From the human T2T-CHM13v2.0 reference genome, Homo sapiens: DNA of 64,000 nt. Where the stretch lies: NCBI RefSeq assembly GCF_009914755.1, contig NC_060942.1, one strand, 5' to 3'. Shown in pieces: positions 14,334-27,974 of this stretch (positions are counted from its first letter, which is position 1; each line of letters opens with the position of its first letter). Below the pieces are notes generated by a model. The model was not told the DNA's origin. It did not search any database and saw only the letters and a list, made by a program, of their open reading frames with translations. The position numbers and the translations under genes were made by a program.

Positions 14334-15323
14334 TAAATGTCTTCTTTAGCCCTCTAAGGAGAAAACAAGGGAACCACAGGTCCATGTCAGAAGCTATGGA
14401 CTTGCCAAGGCTTTTCTACAATGTACATGTGTGGAAAAAAATTGCCAGAGCAGAAACATTCTGCATGTCCACTGACATCAACTCAAACTGTACAAAGTTA
14501 TCCAAAAATGAAAAATATATTTAAGGGACATATACAATAAATTACAGTTATCTTTTGTAACAGCTGAAAGGTAAGTTACCTCAGGATCAAACAGAATCTA
14601 GGATTGAAACGCTGCAAAATTATTTCTACTTTCTGGAAAGGTCAACCTCATACTCTCCTGTGGCAAACTGGCTTCGTTAATGTGCTGGAAAATACAATGG
14701 CTGCCAGCTCTCAAACATGACTTCCCACCCATTGTCAGAGAGGGATTGATTTGTATTATCTCTAGATGCCTAAGCTCAAACATTCCAAGCATCAGCTATG
14801 ATAGGTCCTCCGTGTGTCAGGTGCTTATCCTTGCACCATCAACTATGGTCTAATATGGAGGCTATAAGAGCATGGCACCCAGCATTGTGTTCACCATGGT
14901 TGGATTAGAGTTAGGAGGTAAGACACTGGAGTATTTTCCCAAAAAATGCTCTGCTGGTTTCAGAAGGTGGAAGAAGTAGTGAGCAGACAATATTATACAA
15001 GTCCCTATAGCACAACAAAATAAAATAAAAAAAATCTTGGAATATAAGCAACTGTTGGAGAAAAGAAGGAAAAAGAGAAGATCACCAATTCCTGAGTGAA
15101 ATGTGCGGCAGATTCTGATGCATTCAGTTCCTAACAACATTTGTCTTTGTGGGCTACAACCACTGGCCTAGAAAAGAAAACAAGTATCTCTGGAGTCAGC
15201 AGGATGAAAGCTGGAAGAACTGACTAAATCAGCGCTTCTCAAGATTCTCCAGGCCATGGATAATGTCGAAGACAAACACTTCTGGCATCATCCAGCACAC
15301 ACATTCTTCAACTGTTCCTATTA

Positions 15324-15749
<426 letters not shown>

Positions 15750-15890
15750 CTAGCCTATATAGATATTAATACTTAAGCCTACAGTGGGAGGTCACCATCC
15801 ATGATCGCGGGTTTACCCAGGCATTCTATAGTCACGACCAGTCATTTTCAGAACAAATTATTAAGTTTCTCTGTAATGTGTCCTTACTCC

Positions 15891-15897
15891 ACACACA

Positions 15898-15940
<43 letters not shown>

Positions 15941-15956
15941 TCTCTCTCTCTCTCTC
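15891..15956. repeat. Compound (CA)n/(CT)n microsatellite
   Basis: acacacac...acagacactctctctctctctctc seen directly. Confidence 0.95.
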
Positions 15957-16668
15957 ACATTACCCACTCCCAGGCAAACTAGATGTTTTGAATTGCTAAT
16001 GGTGCAATTTAAGGCACTGTAGGTGGTATATTATAAGTTCCTTTCAAATATTGCAGGATGGATCTGTTAATGAGGGATTCTTCACAGGTTAAAAGAAGGA
16101 ATCATTTCTAAAAAGCCCAGAGGAATTCCAGACTTCAAAGCTGCATTTTTCACTCTGTTTACAGTCATTAGGTCCCATGAACAGAAATTTAAAATCATAA
16201 GATACCAGGAGATAATGGGGATTTCTAATGACTAAAGGTAAAATGTCTAGACTCTCTTTGTGATGTTATACTGCAATAACTTGAAAATGAGGTAAAACAA
16301 AAACAATCATAAAAAATTAAGGTGAAACAAAAGATCACTTAACTTATGAATTTTTAAAGTGTGGGTCCAGGTTAGCTAAGTTTCCCTTTTAACTATGACT
16401 TAGGCTTTTGGGGAGCCCCTGCTGAGAAATAGATGTCTTACTAGATATCTCAGAGTTACAACTAAGGTAGAAAGCATTTTGACATAATTATGCATGTTTG
16501 TATTTATAAAGAGGTATTTTTTATTATGCTTATTATTTGGTTTTCTCCTAGAGTAGGTCAGAACACTTTCTCAAGCTGTTTTCTTGATGCAAAGATATCC
16601 ATTGCACATCCAGAGACACACACACACACCATCAGAAAGCAATACCTATGTGGCATCCGGTAATATGG

Positions 16669-17046
16669 TGTTTTAGTCTGTTTTCTGTTGCTGTAACATA
16701 ACACCACAAACAGCAATTTATTTTTTTGAAAAATTAAGTGTATTTAGTTCATGGTTGCAGAGGCTGAGAAGTCCCAGCGCATGGTGCTGGCATTTAAAGA
16801 AGGCCCTCTTGTTGCATCATAACATGGCAGAGGGGATCATAAGGTGAAAGGGCAAGAGTATGCCATCTCAGCTCCCTCCTCCTCTTCTTATAAAGCCATC
16901 AGTCCCACCATGGGAGCCCCACCTTGATGACCTTATCTAATCCTAATTACCTCCCAAAGGCCCTACCTCCAAATACTATCAATGTATGAATTTGGGGATT
17001 AAGTTTTCAACACATGAGATCTGGGGTATACATTCAAACTATAGCA
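16669..17046 (-). mobile_element. MST (MSTC/MSTD-like) MaLR solo LTR
   Basis: tgttttagtctgttttctgttgctgtaaca...acattcaaactatagca; 5-bp TSD TATGG at 16664-16668 and 17047-17051. Confidence 0.88.
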
Positions 17047-17434
17047 TATGGTAGTATCTGTCAGCTTCAGTCTTTTAGATTTCCTTTAGGATCACTGCAA
17101 TCATAAGCATATGCCACAGACATCAGAATTCTCTTTGGGCGTTCTTATTATGTCTCTTGGAATAATTATATATGGCTGCCTCCCTTTTCTCAAAATCACA
17201 AGACTTCGTCTCATTAAGTCTGTGGTGAAATTGTTTCCCTGTCAACTGGTAAATGGTTGTAATTACAGCAGAAAACCACCAGATGGCAAAATGGCAAACT
17301 CACATGAATCCAGATAATAAAAGGGTCTTCCTTTCTTTGAGGGCTTCCTTCAAAAACCTTGGCCTGCGATGGCCTGGATTGCAGGAGTCCTATGATGTTG
17401 GCTAGTCGGTGTAATTGTCGGGCTTTTCCCTTAA

Positions 17435-17559
17435 TCCATTTATGCCTGAGGTTGCAATTTTTTGAATTTTTGCAATTAGACCTTGGCGATGACCTTGAGC
17501 AGTAGGATATAAATAACTCCCTTGTGTTTAGCATTCCAGTAATGGAACACTAGCCATAA
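17435..17559 (-). mobile_element. MER85 piggyBac (PGBD3-derived) MITE
   Basis: TTAA at 17431-17434, then tccatttatgcctgaggttgcaa...agaccttggcgatgaccttgagcagtaggatataaataactccc...ttccagtaatggaacactagccataa = reverse complement of the recalled MER85 consensus. Confidence 0.9.
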
Positions 17560-19099
17560 TAAACCGTTCCAAAAATGCGTTCTAATGGCTCTCAAGCAAG
17601 GTCCACTTGCAGTGAAATAAACCAGAGGTTTGAATCATGGCTTGATACGAAATTATTGGAAAGAATATGGCGATGACATCCACAATGCCGGTAAATACGT
17701 TAGTATTTGGAGGACTCCAAAGGGTGGATCTGAGAGTGGAGAATGAATATACAAATCTCTAGCCTCTGGAATAGCATTATGTAAAGGCTCTGGAAAACAT
17801 GGTTCCTCAAAAATCCCATTTCCGTGTTAAATCATCCTCTCATCTGGGCATTTGACTTCATAACTAATTTAAGTCCCTCTATTTGCAGTTGAAGCCCCTC
17901 TCCTTTCCTCCAGTTAACAGGAGGCTTTGAAAATGAAATATCTTTTAAAATTATTCACAAATATTCTGGTGGGACACCAAGCACACCACTTCCATATCAG
18001 ATGCATTAACTTACTCATATTTTATGCATATAACTTTATATATCCATTATGAGGCAGAAAAATGATTCTGGAGATCTATGTGAATTACCTATAACTTGAA
18101 TCACAACCTAAATAATATCACTATTATTCAAGGTTTTTTATTGAATATGTTTTATTTCTGCTTTAAAAGCATATTATATTTGATTTAAATGGAGTAATAA
18201 AAAGAGGAGTATTCTGATATAACCCTATAAATCATCAATTTAAAAGTAGATCTTAAGATTTCCTTATTTCCTTAATTTAGCAAGTGATTTCCAAGCTGGT
18301 GTATGGAGATAAGTAGTAATATACAAAAATGCTAACATGGGCTAGTGAACCTCTTTCATTATTTGAAAAAGCAGAATAGAAACTGAGCAGTTACCAACAA
18401 GAAGCCTCTGTCAGATAAACTAAATTTTTTCTGCTCTGGCATAGAATTATATCAGCTCAATTGAATGTGAAACGATAATGACAATATTAATAATTAATGC
18501 TTATAATAACTAATGACAAAGATGATGCTGAGTCATTTAATATTTGCAGTGTTGCCATGAGTCAGGATGTCCTCATATTATACATAATGTAACTGAGGCT
18601 AACATGTCTTTTATTCAGCAATTTGCATATGGTTTTAATGTTTCTAACAATTGAGCTTTACTATTATGAGTATTTTTGGAATAACTATCAGAAGCTCTGA
18701 TAGTCATTGTGTATAAATTTACATAGATTTTGCAGTTTATCATTGCAAACATAACATTTCAGGGTAGTCATAAATATTGGTACATAAAATACATGAGTAA
18801 AATTTGAAAATGAATAGCTAATCTGGAAAAGTTTGGAAACCTCTGTTGTAGGCAGTGAAGACACAGCCTTCAACGAAAGAGTGTTGATTGGTGAAACCTT
18901 TTCCAAATCTTCATGCTGATTATTGAGCAGGTTAAAATACATATAGCTCTCCATATTACCTTTCATGCATAACAAGAATGGAAAAACCATAGACCCTCAT
19001 AATAAGGGGCTCAGAATAGTAAGGATCCAACTCATGTTAGATATCATGGGGGGAGGCAGGGAATGGCTTCTCTTTTCTCATTCTCTTCAGCTTTTTCTT

Positions 19100-22000
19100 T
19101 TTCGTTCTGATTTTGAAGATGTTTTCTTCAACTCATCTTCCACATATTCTTTTTAAAGGTTTTCTGCTAGGATCTTTCAAACTCTGAAATATCTTTTCAG
19201 TTTCTGAATGTTCATTTTTACAGTATTTTGATTTTATACGTGCTGTATGCTCTTTTGCCTTCTAAGATATAAATATACATTTTGTTGAAATTTTCTTCTG
19301 TTTGCTGCACTTCCTTGATTATTAATTATTTGAGGCCCTTTTATATTTATTGGTCACTTTAAGATCTCTTTTTTGAAGTATTTTTTCAAGTCTAATGTCC
19401 ATACTTCTACTAAGTTAAAAGGACTTAGGAATTATATCTCCCTTTTGCCGTTCCCTAGAATAGTATGCATGAATTTGATGCTAATGATGAAGCCACTTTA
19501 TGCTTAGTTTTTAAATTGCAGATTCAATTTATTTAATAACTATAAGACCATGTAAACTTTGATTTTTTACAGTTTCAGTTTTGGTAAGATATGCTTTTTT
19601 ATTTTCCCATTTATTCTAAACTTTCATATTTATTTACAACATTTTACCATTTTTTGGTGTCTATAAGATTGTTAGTAGCTTTTCATCTTTTTCATTAGTG
19701 CTATTTTTAGTGTTTTTTTTCCTTTTTTCCTATTACTAAGGGTTTATGAGTGCTGTCGTTTTTTTCCCCAAGAATTAACTTTCAGTTTAGTTTATGTTAG
19801 CTATATTTCCTATGTTACCATCTGCTCTTATTTATTCTATTTTCTGTCTTCTATTCTCTATCAGTTTTATTTTTCCTAACTTCTTGAGATTATGCTCAGC
19901 ATTCTGTCTCTACCAATTTCAAAGGGTTAAAATAATATAGAATATATTTTTAAAGATAGTAAAATGCAGGTGAAAGAACAACAAGATAAATTTTAAAGCT
20001 CCCTAAGTTTGGAAGTTAAGAAGTTTATTTCGAGATAATTCATGGGTGAAGGACGACACAACAATAGAAATTAGAAAATATTTGGCACTGAATTATAAGA
20101 AACATAGCATTTATTGAGACTTGTGGGATATAGCAAAAGCCAAACTTATGGATAATGTATAACATAAATGTAGATTTTTAAAATCTGGAAATAAATGACA
20201 TTTGTTAATGTTCAAAGAATATATTCTATATGATTTTAATTGGTAGAGACAGACAACATGGGCCAGCATATGTTTATTTTTGGTAAATGGTTCTTATGTA
20301 TCTAAAGTGAACACACATTCTGCATGCTATTGTGTGCAGCATTCTATATATGTCAGTTGAACGATTTGTTAGTAATGTTGTCTGAATTCATATCCTTAGG
20401 AATTATTTGACCTACTTCTTCTATCATGCGCTGAGGTGGGTTAAAATTCCCCACTATGTCTCCATTTACTTGGTTTTTGGGGGTTTTTTTTAAGTGGTGT
20501 TTAATACTTTCCTGGTGAAATAAACTATTTACCATTACAAAATACCTCTCTGTACATTAAAAAATTTACCTTCAAGTCTTTTTGTCTAATACCAATATAA
20601 ATAGACCTTTCCTGGGGCTAGTGTTATTTTTTATTTTTGGCATAGTCTTTTGTGTGTGTGCTTACTATCAATTTCTCTGTTTGCATTTAAAGTGTGGCTT
20701 TTAGAGTCAAAATATAGTTTGTCTTTTTAACTTTTTAATATTATCTAACACTCAAACCTTTACTTGGGGTGTTTTTTCTATTCACATGCAATGTAGTGTT
20801 GTCAAATATATTTAGGATTAAGATTTTCCCCTCACTATTTACTTCTTATTTTCTTGACTATTCTATGATTCTTTGCTTCCTCGTTTGCTGTCTTTTGGAT
20901 TAGTTTTTTGTTTCTTTGTTCTATTTCATTTTTTCTACTTCATTAATTTAGTAGTTATGTTTTTTAAGCTATTATTTTAGTGTTTACTCTAGACTTTGCT
21001 AAACGCATTTTTGATGTATCAAGTCTAACATAAATTAGTACTTATATCACCTACCAAATAATGTAGAGGTGTTACAACATTTAGCTCCAAATACTCTGTC
21101 CTAAGTTATATGCTTTTGCTGCGGTATATCTTAATTCTAAACACATTTTAAGCCCACAAATATTATGATTTATAGCATCAATGTTCATTTATTGATACTT
21201 ATTTGCTATCGCTATTGCTCGTTTTTCTCACTTCTGTTTATTAGCTTCAAATTTCCTTTTGAACAGATTTGCCAAGAAAAAATCTCTCACTTTTTGTTTT
21301 TCCTAATAAGGCTGCATTTCATTTTTACTTTAGAAGGGTCAGCATTTTTCTGTAAAGAACCAAATGGTAAATCTTTTAGGCTTTTGGGGTCATAATATTC
21401 CAACTACTCTAGTGCATGAAAGCATTCACATGTAATAGGTAAATGAATGAGCATAATTAGGTTTGTTCCCCCAAAAAACTTTGCTTACAAAAACAGATAA
21501 CACCCTGGATTTTGCCTGTGAATCACATTTTGCTGACCCCTTTGTTAGAATACAATATTTACTTGGTATTGCATTTTAGGTCAAGAGTGATATTTTTGGA
21601 GCACTTTTTGCAAATATGGTTATATTGTCTTCAAGGTTACATTGTTTCTGTTGAGAAGTAGCTGTTAGTCTTATTGCTATCACTTTTTTCTTTTTTTCCC
21701 CCCTCTAGCTGCACTTAGATTTCCTCTGCATTGAATTTCTATAATTTTTCTACAACATTCTTAGGTTTCTGTTTTGGTTTTGCTTGGGGTTTTAATAATC
21801 CAACTATTCGTTCTTAGGTTTCTTGTTTTGGTTTTGCTTCAAAACTATTTGGATTATGTAGTGATTCTTAAATCCATGGTTTGGTGCAATTTTGTTGGTT
21901 TAGGAAAACTTGAGTCATTATCTGTTCAAATATCACTTTTCCATTTTATTCCCCTCTTATGTTCTTCTGGGGCTCTAATTACTCATGTTTTAGATTATTT

Positions 22001-22370
22001 TACCATGTCTTATGTTTCCTATGTACCTTTTTCTATTGTTCATCACTTGCCTTTCTGAGTTTAATTCATCAGGAGTGTCTGCTCTCTTGTTAAATCCAGT
22101 CTTTGAGTTCTCAATTTACTTTTCCGCTCTAGAATTTTATCAGTTCTTTATAACTTCCAACTCTCAGCCTAAAATTCTCAATCTGCAAGTTATTTTCTTC
22201 CACTTGTTTATTTTCTTGAACATATTTTAAAATTGGTTTCTTATTATTTCATTGTTATCCCCTGTGGGTCTGTCTCTATTGTCAAATGTTTCTTTTAGTT
22301 TTATTCCATTTGATCCTGTCTCTTCCCCCAGTTCAGAATATTTTATATGTAAGAAACTATAGTATTAATA
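19100..22370 (-). mobile_element. Mosaic of ancient, highly diverged L1M fragments (mostly antisense; sense fragment at ~19910-20215)
   Basis: T-rich L1 motifs: ttaaaattccccactatg, attgtttctgttgagaagt, ttattccctct..ttcttctgggg; sense gaaattagaaaatattt..acttgtgggatatagcaaaagc. Confidence 0.65.
21332..21541. mobile_element. MER58A hAT-Charlie MITE
   Basis: Ends gggtcagca...tgctgacccct (TIRs); ttttctgtaaagaaccaaatggtaaatcttttaggcttt. Confidence 0.75.
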
Positions 22371-22535
22371 GAAGGCTATGAAAGATCATATTATCATCCT
22401 GGTAGAATATATGTATGCTTTGAGAAGGCTAGGTTAGCCTATTAGTAAAGACCAGTCAAATTAATCCCATCAGGGATGTAGATGAATTGAAGCCAGGTCT
22501 TAATCTTGTCAAGGACTGGTCTATTTCTAGATTAC

Positions 22536-22837
<302 letters not shown>

Positions 22838-22990
22838 TACTTTTATTTCTAAAGAACAACCCTTTAGGGTCCCAATCCAAAGCCGCTCACATCTTCTTCT
22901 TTGTGGGCCTCTAGCACTAAATTTTGTCCCCCTAGTGCTATGAGCATATTGAAAGCTCACCTCATTCATAACTGACAAATGTTTCTGGAG

Positions 22991-23196
22991 TAGAGGTCAG
23001 GGAATTACGGCCCATTCATCAAATCTGTTTTTATCAATAAAATTTAACTGAAACACAGTCATATCCATTGATGTAATATTGTCTATGGCTACTTTTGGTG
23101 CTACAGTGGCAGAGTTGATCAGTTGTGCCAGTGACCAAATGGCCTACAAAATCAGAAACAATTACTATCTGGCCCTCTACAAAATATAACCTCTGT
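22991..23196. mobile_element. MER58A MITE (opposite orientation to the 21332 copy)
   Basis: aataaaatttaactgaaacacagtcat..attgtctatggctactttt..gctacagtggcagagttga..ttactatctggccctctaca. Confidence 0.75.
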
Positions 23197-24401
23197 GAGG
23201 AAATGGGTCCAGAAGTCCTAAAAATGTTCCTGGATTGGATTTAGACCTCATAATCATTTATCTTAGCAGCTCTCTGATGCATTCAAACATAATTTCTAAA
23301 AGTTCTGCCTACCTTTCTTAGGTGTTCTCAATGAGAGACTTATTGCAAAATATGTAGTACACCATTACTGGAAAGAGAACACCTGTGAGTCTGTGTTTGA
23401 GTCATTACAATCCTCAATGCAAACTCTGCATACGTGAATATAAACAAGGATCCGTTTGACCGATGAGCTTCCCAGAAATATTGGCTAGCTGAGTTCTTTC
23501 ATTAGTAAATTCTCAAATTCTCACTGTCCAGAGATAGTTTCTTTTTGACTTTTTAGTTTTTCCAGAGAGTCATCCTCTTTGCCCTGTTCAGGAGCTGAGC
23601 TGGGGAAAACTGGGGAGGTAAGGCATTCTAAAAGCCCCTGTATCACTGTTGAATTGTTGTCTTGATTTCAATATTATGCTTCATGTCTGCCTTCAGGTGC
23701 TTATGTCCCCAAATCTAGAACCCCCAAGATACACTCTCTCTATATAGAAAACTTCTATTTCTGTTAATACAGGAAGAGGTTAATTGTGTTGCTTGAGATG
23801 AGGACATAAGAGGACTTAATTGCTTTTTACTGAGACTTAGAACCTCTTATTTTTAACACTATTCTGTGCTCCCATGTTCAAAGGTTTCTGCCGTGTTAAA
23901 CTCCTAAGTGTTTCTGGGGTTCTATGTGCAGTTAAATGTGAACTTCCTTCCCTCTTTCAAGTCAGTTGCCTTGCCACTTGTCCTTTTGCATTTCCAATAT
24001 CAAAAATTGTAATTGGAATCTTCATCTAGTACTGCTGCTTTCCCTGTTCTTTAGCTCCTTTTAGATTTATGCCTGTTTTATTTTTATTACTATTTCAGTG
24101 AGTTTCTTGATTAAGCAGACATAAAAACGTATGTTCACTTAATCATGTTTAACTGGAAATCCCTAATTCTTTACTATGAAGGTCACATGCCTTAAAATAC
24201 ACCTTTATAATTCCATTAGGCATAAACTGTTAATTGTTTTTGTAATGGAAATAGTAATAAAGCAAACTATACTACTCGACAGCCATAATAATAAATGCGT
24301 GTAAAAAACAGGTTAAGACATCTTTTAAAAAATTAGGTAAGAAGGGTATTCAAGCATTCATAATGAAATGACTCCCCCCATATTTTGTTTCTTTAACATG
24401 G

Positions 24402-24948
24402 AGTATTAGGTTTCTATTGCTGTACAACAAATTACTACCAAGTTAGCCACTTAAAACCACAATTTTTTATCTCACAGTCTCTGTGAGTCAGGCATCTGGA
24501 CATGGCTTGGCTGTTTCCTCTGCCTAAGAATCTCATGGGGCTGCAATCCAGGTCTCAGCAGAGGCTCAAATGGAGAAATAGCCACTTCCAAACTCCTCTG
24601 GGTTTTTGGTAAAATTCATTTATTTGAAGCTGCAAGTCTGAGGGCTATAGTTTCTTGCTGGAGGTTGCTCTCAGCTTATACAGGCTCCTACGCTTCTTTA
24701 CTATATGGGCTTCTCTAGTATGGCCACTTACTTCATGTTGGCTTGCTTCTGCAAAACCAGTGAAAGGAAATTGCTCTAGTGGGTCTTCAAGCAAGATAGA
24801 ATCTTATGTAATAACAATCATGGGAGGGGCAGCCCATCACCTTTCATATTCTACTGTTTAAAAGCAAGTCATAGGGGCTGGGACTACACAACGGCACGAA
24901 CACTAGGAATTGAAGATCATGGACGCCACCTTAAAATCTGTCCACCAC
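24402..24948 (-). mobile_element. MLT1F/G-like MaLR LTR
   Basis: gtattaggtttctattgctgtacaacaaattactacc...ctcacagtctctgtgagtcagg...ttaaaatctgtccaccaca. Confidence 0.8.
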
Positions 24949-25251
24949 ACCAAGGTTAAAGTCATGACGATAATGATGGGTTGTTACTACATTGTTCTTA
25001 TAAGGCTTTACATCTTTAAAATGTCTCCACACACACACATATTTCTCTATGAATACATGTATAAGAGGTGTCAACCCAAACTTAGGCTGTGTTTTGTCTA
25101 GAACTCAAGGTCTTCTTTGCAAACTCAGAGAATTAGTCAGGTAGAACCCATAAGGCACCATTTATATTAAGGAAGAAAGGGGCCTTCTGATAAATAAGAG
25201 ACAAAGAGCTTGGTTCGAAGATAATTAGGCAGCACTGATGAGATGGCATAA

Positions 25252-25560
<309 letters not shown>

Positions 25561-26194
25561 TGATTTTTTAAATAGCACAGCAATGTCAATCAAACTATCT
25601 CATAGCCTCAGGACCAAATAACAGGTTTAAGGAATGTCAAAGAAGAGTGAAAAAAAAAGAGAGAGCTATTTTTTTCCCACAATTTCTTTAGGACATTTAG
25701 AATGTGAGACATCAGTAATTACAACATTGGTAGTGGTGATGAAGATGTTACTGAAACAGCAACATTAGGATGGTGATTATATTGGTGGCCACCCTTGTAG
25801 CACCTCCACATTAGACATCAGTGTCTTTGAACAAATATCTGTGCCATCAGTCTTGGGTGTCAACACCCCCATGTGGACATCAGCAGGAACAAAAAGAACA
25901 GCCTAACTGGTGGGCTTAAATATTCCTTGCTACTTATTAGCATGGCAATTATCAAAGGCAAAGTATTCTGAAAAAAAAGGAGAGAGTAATCACAGATACC
26001 AGAGTCAACATGGGAGCTAATTATTGATGCAACTCAACAATAAGGATAGTCCCATAATACCATCTGAGAGGAACTTAAGTCAAATTACAGTTGCATAGAT
26101 CAGCGTAACAGAAAAAAACTATTTAATATCTTATTCTTATCCTTCCTGCTAATATTTCTTGGGAAGAATGTGTTATATAAGTGATCTCAATTAC

Positions 26195-26620
26195 TGCTTA
26201 TAGCCACACTGTGAGGCAAATATTTTCACTCTGATATGGTTTTTATTTGTGTCCCCGCCCAAATCTCAGGTTGAATTGTAATCCCCAGTGTTAGAGGAGG
26301 GACCTGGTGGGAGGTGGGAGGTGACTGGATCATGGGGGCAGATTTCCCCCCATGCTCTTCTCATGATAGTGAGTTCTCACAAGATCTGGTTGTTTAAAAG
26401 TGTATAGCACCTCCTGCTTCCCTCTCTTTCTCCTGCTCCAGCTATGTAAGACATGCCTCCACTTCGCCTTCTCCCATGATTGTAAGTTTCCTGAGGCCTC
26501 TCCAGCCATGCTTCTTGTATAGCCTAATACACACTCCTATTCTCATTTGACAGGTAAGAAGACGAAATTACAAGCAGGATGAAAAATTTGTTCAATGAAA
26601 CACAGCTATTAAGTGGCTGA
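26195..26620 (-). mobile_element. MIR split by the MSTA insertion
   Basis: cactgtgaggcaaatatt | ctcatttgacaggtaagaagac...acacagctattaagtggc. Confidence 0.6.
26232..26531 (+). mobile_element. MSTA/THE1D-like solo LTR with a 3' internal deletion
   Basis: tgatatggtt...caaatctcaggttgaattgtaatcccc...taataca; TSD CACTC at 26227-26231 and 26532-26536. Confidence 0.88.
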
Positions 26621-27059
26621 CCTAATAAGTGTTATGTATAAGTGACTCATCCATTGTAGCTTCTGGGACTCAACTTTAGGATCATCGTCATATGCAGCCT
26701 GGAGCTAGCCATATTTGAAGAGCTAGGAAGGAGGCACAGTGATTGACAATCTCCTTTCTCCTCAACTAGAATGTCATTTCCTTTTTTAAAACTAATTTAA
26801 ATCCCATCTACATTCAATTGCTTGTCTAAAATAAAACCCAACTCCTCTCTTAAAGACTTTAAAAATATTATATAGCAGAGTTCATCCTTTCTTTCTTCAG
26901 AGAAAGCATCATGAAAACATGTTTTCAGGACATTAATAACTTGATATTCACAACCAACCTTTAAATTTGGAAACAAGGAATTCATAACTACGTTGTATAT
27001 ATATGAAGAAAGTAAGCCTCAGAGAATTTCAAGAGCCCGTCCAGGATAGTCTGCTTCAG

Positions 27060-27160
27060 AGCCATGGTTCTCAAAGTATATCAGATCTCCAGAGTAGGTC
27101 TGCAGTGGGAGCCAAAATTTTGCATTTCTAACTTGGTCCCAGGTGATACTTGTGCTGGCG
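27060..27160. mobile_element. MER5A fragment
   Basis: catggttctcaaagt..agtaggtctg..aaattttgcatttctaac..cccaggtgat. Confidence 0.55.
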
Positions 27161-27446
27161 CTGCTAGTCTACACTTAACTCTATTCACTTTTTTTGTGTT
27201 TTCTTAGGATAAAGAAAATATTTAGAAGATGAGATTCCTGTGTTTCTGGCTTTCATGTAAGAATTTTATCTGAAAAAAGAAGCATAGACATGTAGAAATT
27301 TTATATTTTTATAGATAAACTCATTGGATTATCTGTTTTTCATCTTGGAACACACTATCAACATTTTCTTTAGAAGATATACAGGACAGGTGGCTTTCAG
27401 TGGGAAGAAAGTGTCCTAACTAAAAACCTCAAGGAAGATAGGGCAT

Positions 27447-27916
27447 GTGGAAATAAAGACCATCCAAATGAGAACAAACATAAGCTATGTATTCAGAGCT
27501 TGCTACAGCAAGGGCATCCATGCCACCACTTCAACTTGTCAGAGGCTGAAAGGCAGACAAAGCAGTGGGGAAGCTTTAGAGTGGAGAAAAGGAAAGGTGT
27601 TAGGCATGTTTTAATTGAGGTCATTGTCATGATAGCACTGGAGTCAATGGAGGTAGGCTAGCAAAAAGTGAGACATCTTATGTGATGGGTTTGGGGATCA
27701 CATTTAGCTTTCTCTGGTTGGTTCTGAATTGGAAAAAAGAAAAAAAAAAGATGAAAAATAAGGAGGCTGGCAGTTGTTGACCAAATCGTGACCATTCTGG
27801 ACCAATCTTAAGAGATTGTAACTGGTTTCCTGCAATGGTTGCTGCAGAGTCTGTGGGCCAGAGTTCTGTTTATTACACATAGAATGACCGTTATCTGTTT
27901 CTAATTCAGTTTCTCA
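27447..27916 (-). mobile_element. ERV1 solo LTR (MER90/MER87-like)
   Basis: Reverse complement has tgagaaactgaat...agaactctggcccacagactctgcagcaacc...gctgtagcaagctctgaata...tctttatttccaca; related to the 52191 copy. Confidence 0.7.
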
Positions 27917-27974
27917 AGAGCTTACAAGGATGTCAGCAAAAGCAAGCCATCTCTGACTCCACAGTCAACTTATC

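Noticed and set aside
17600-17750. Protein-looking frame LIRNYWKEYGDDIHNAG with a GT donor
   Set aside because: In-frame stop just upstream, no convincing acceptor, no recognisable homologue
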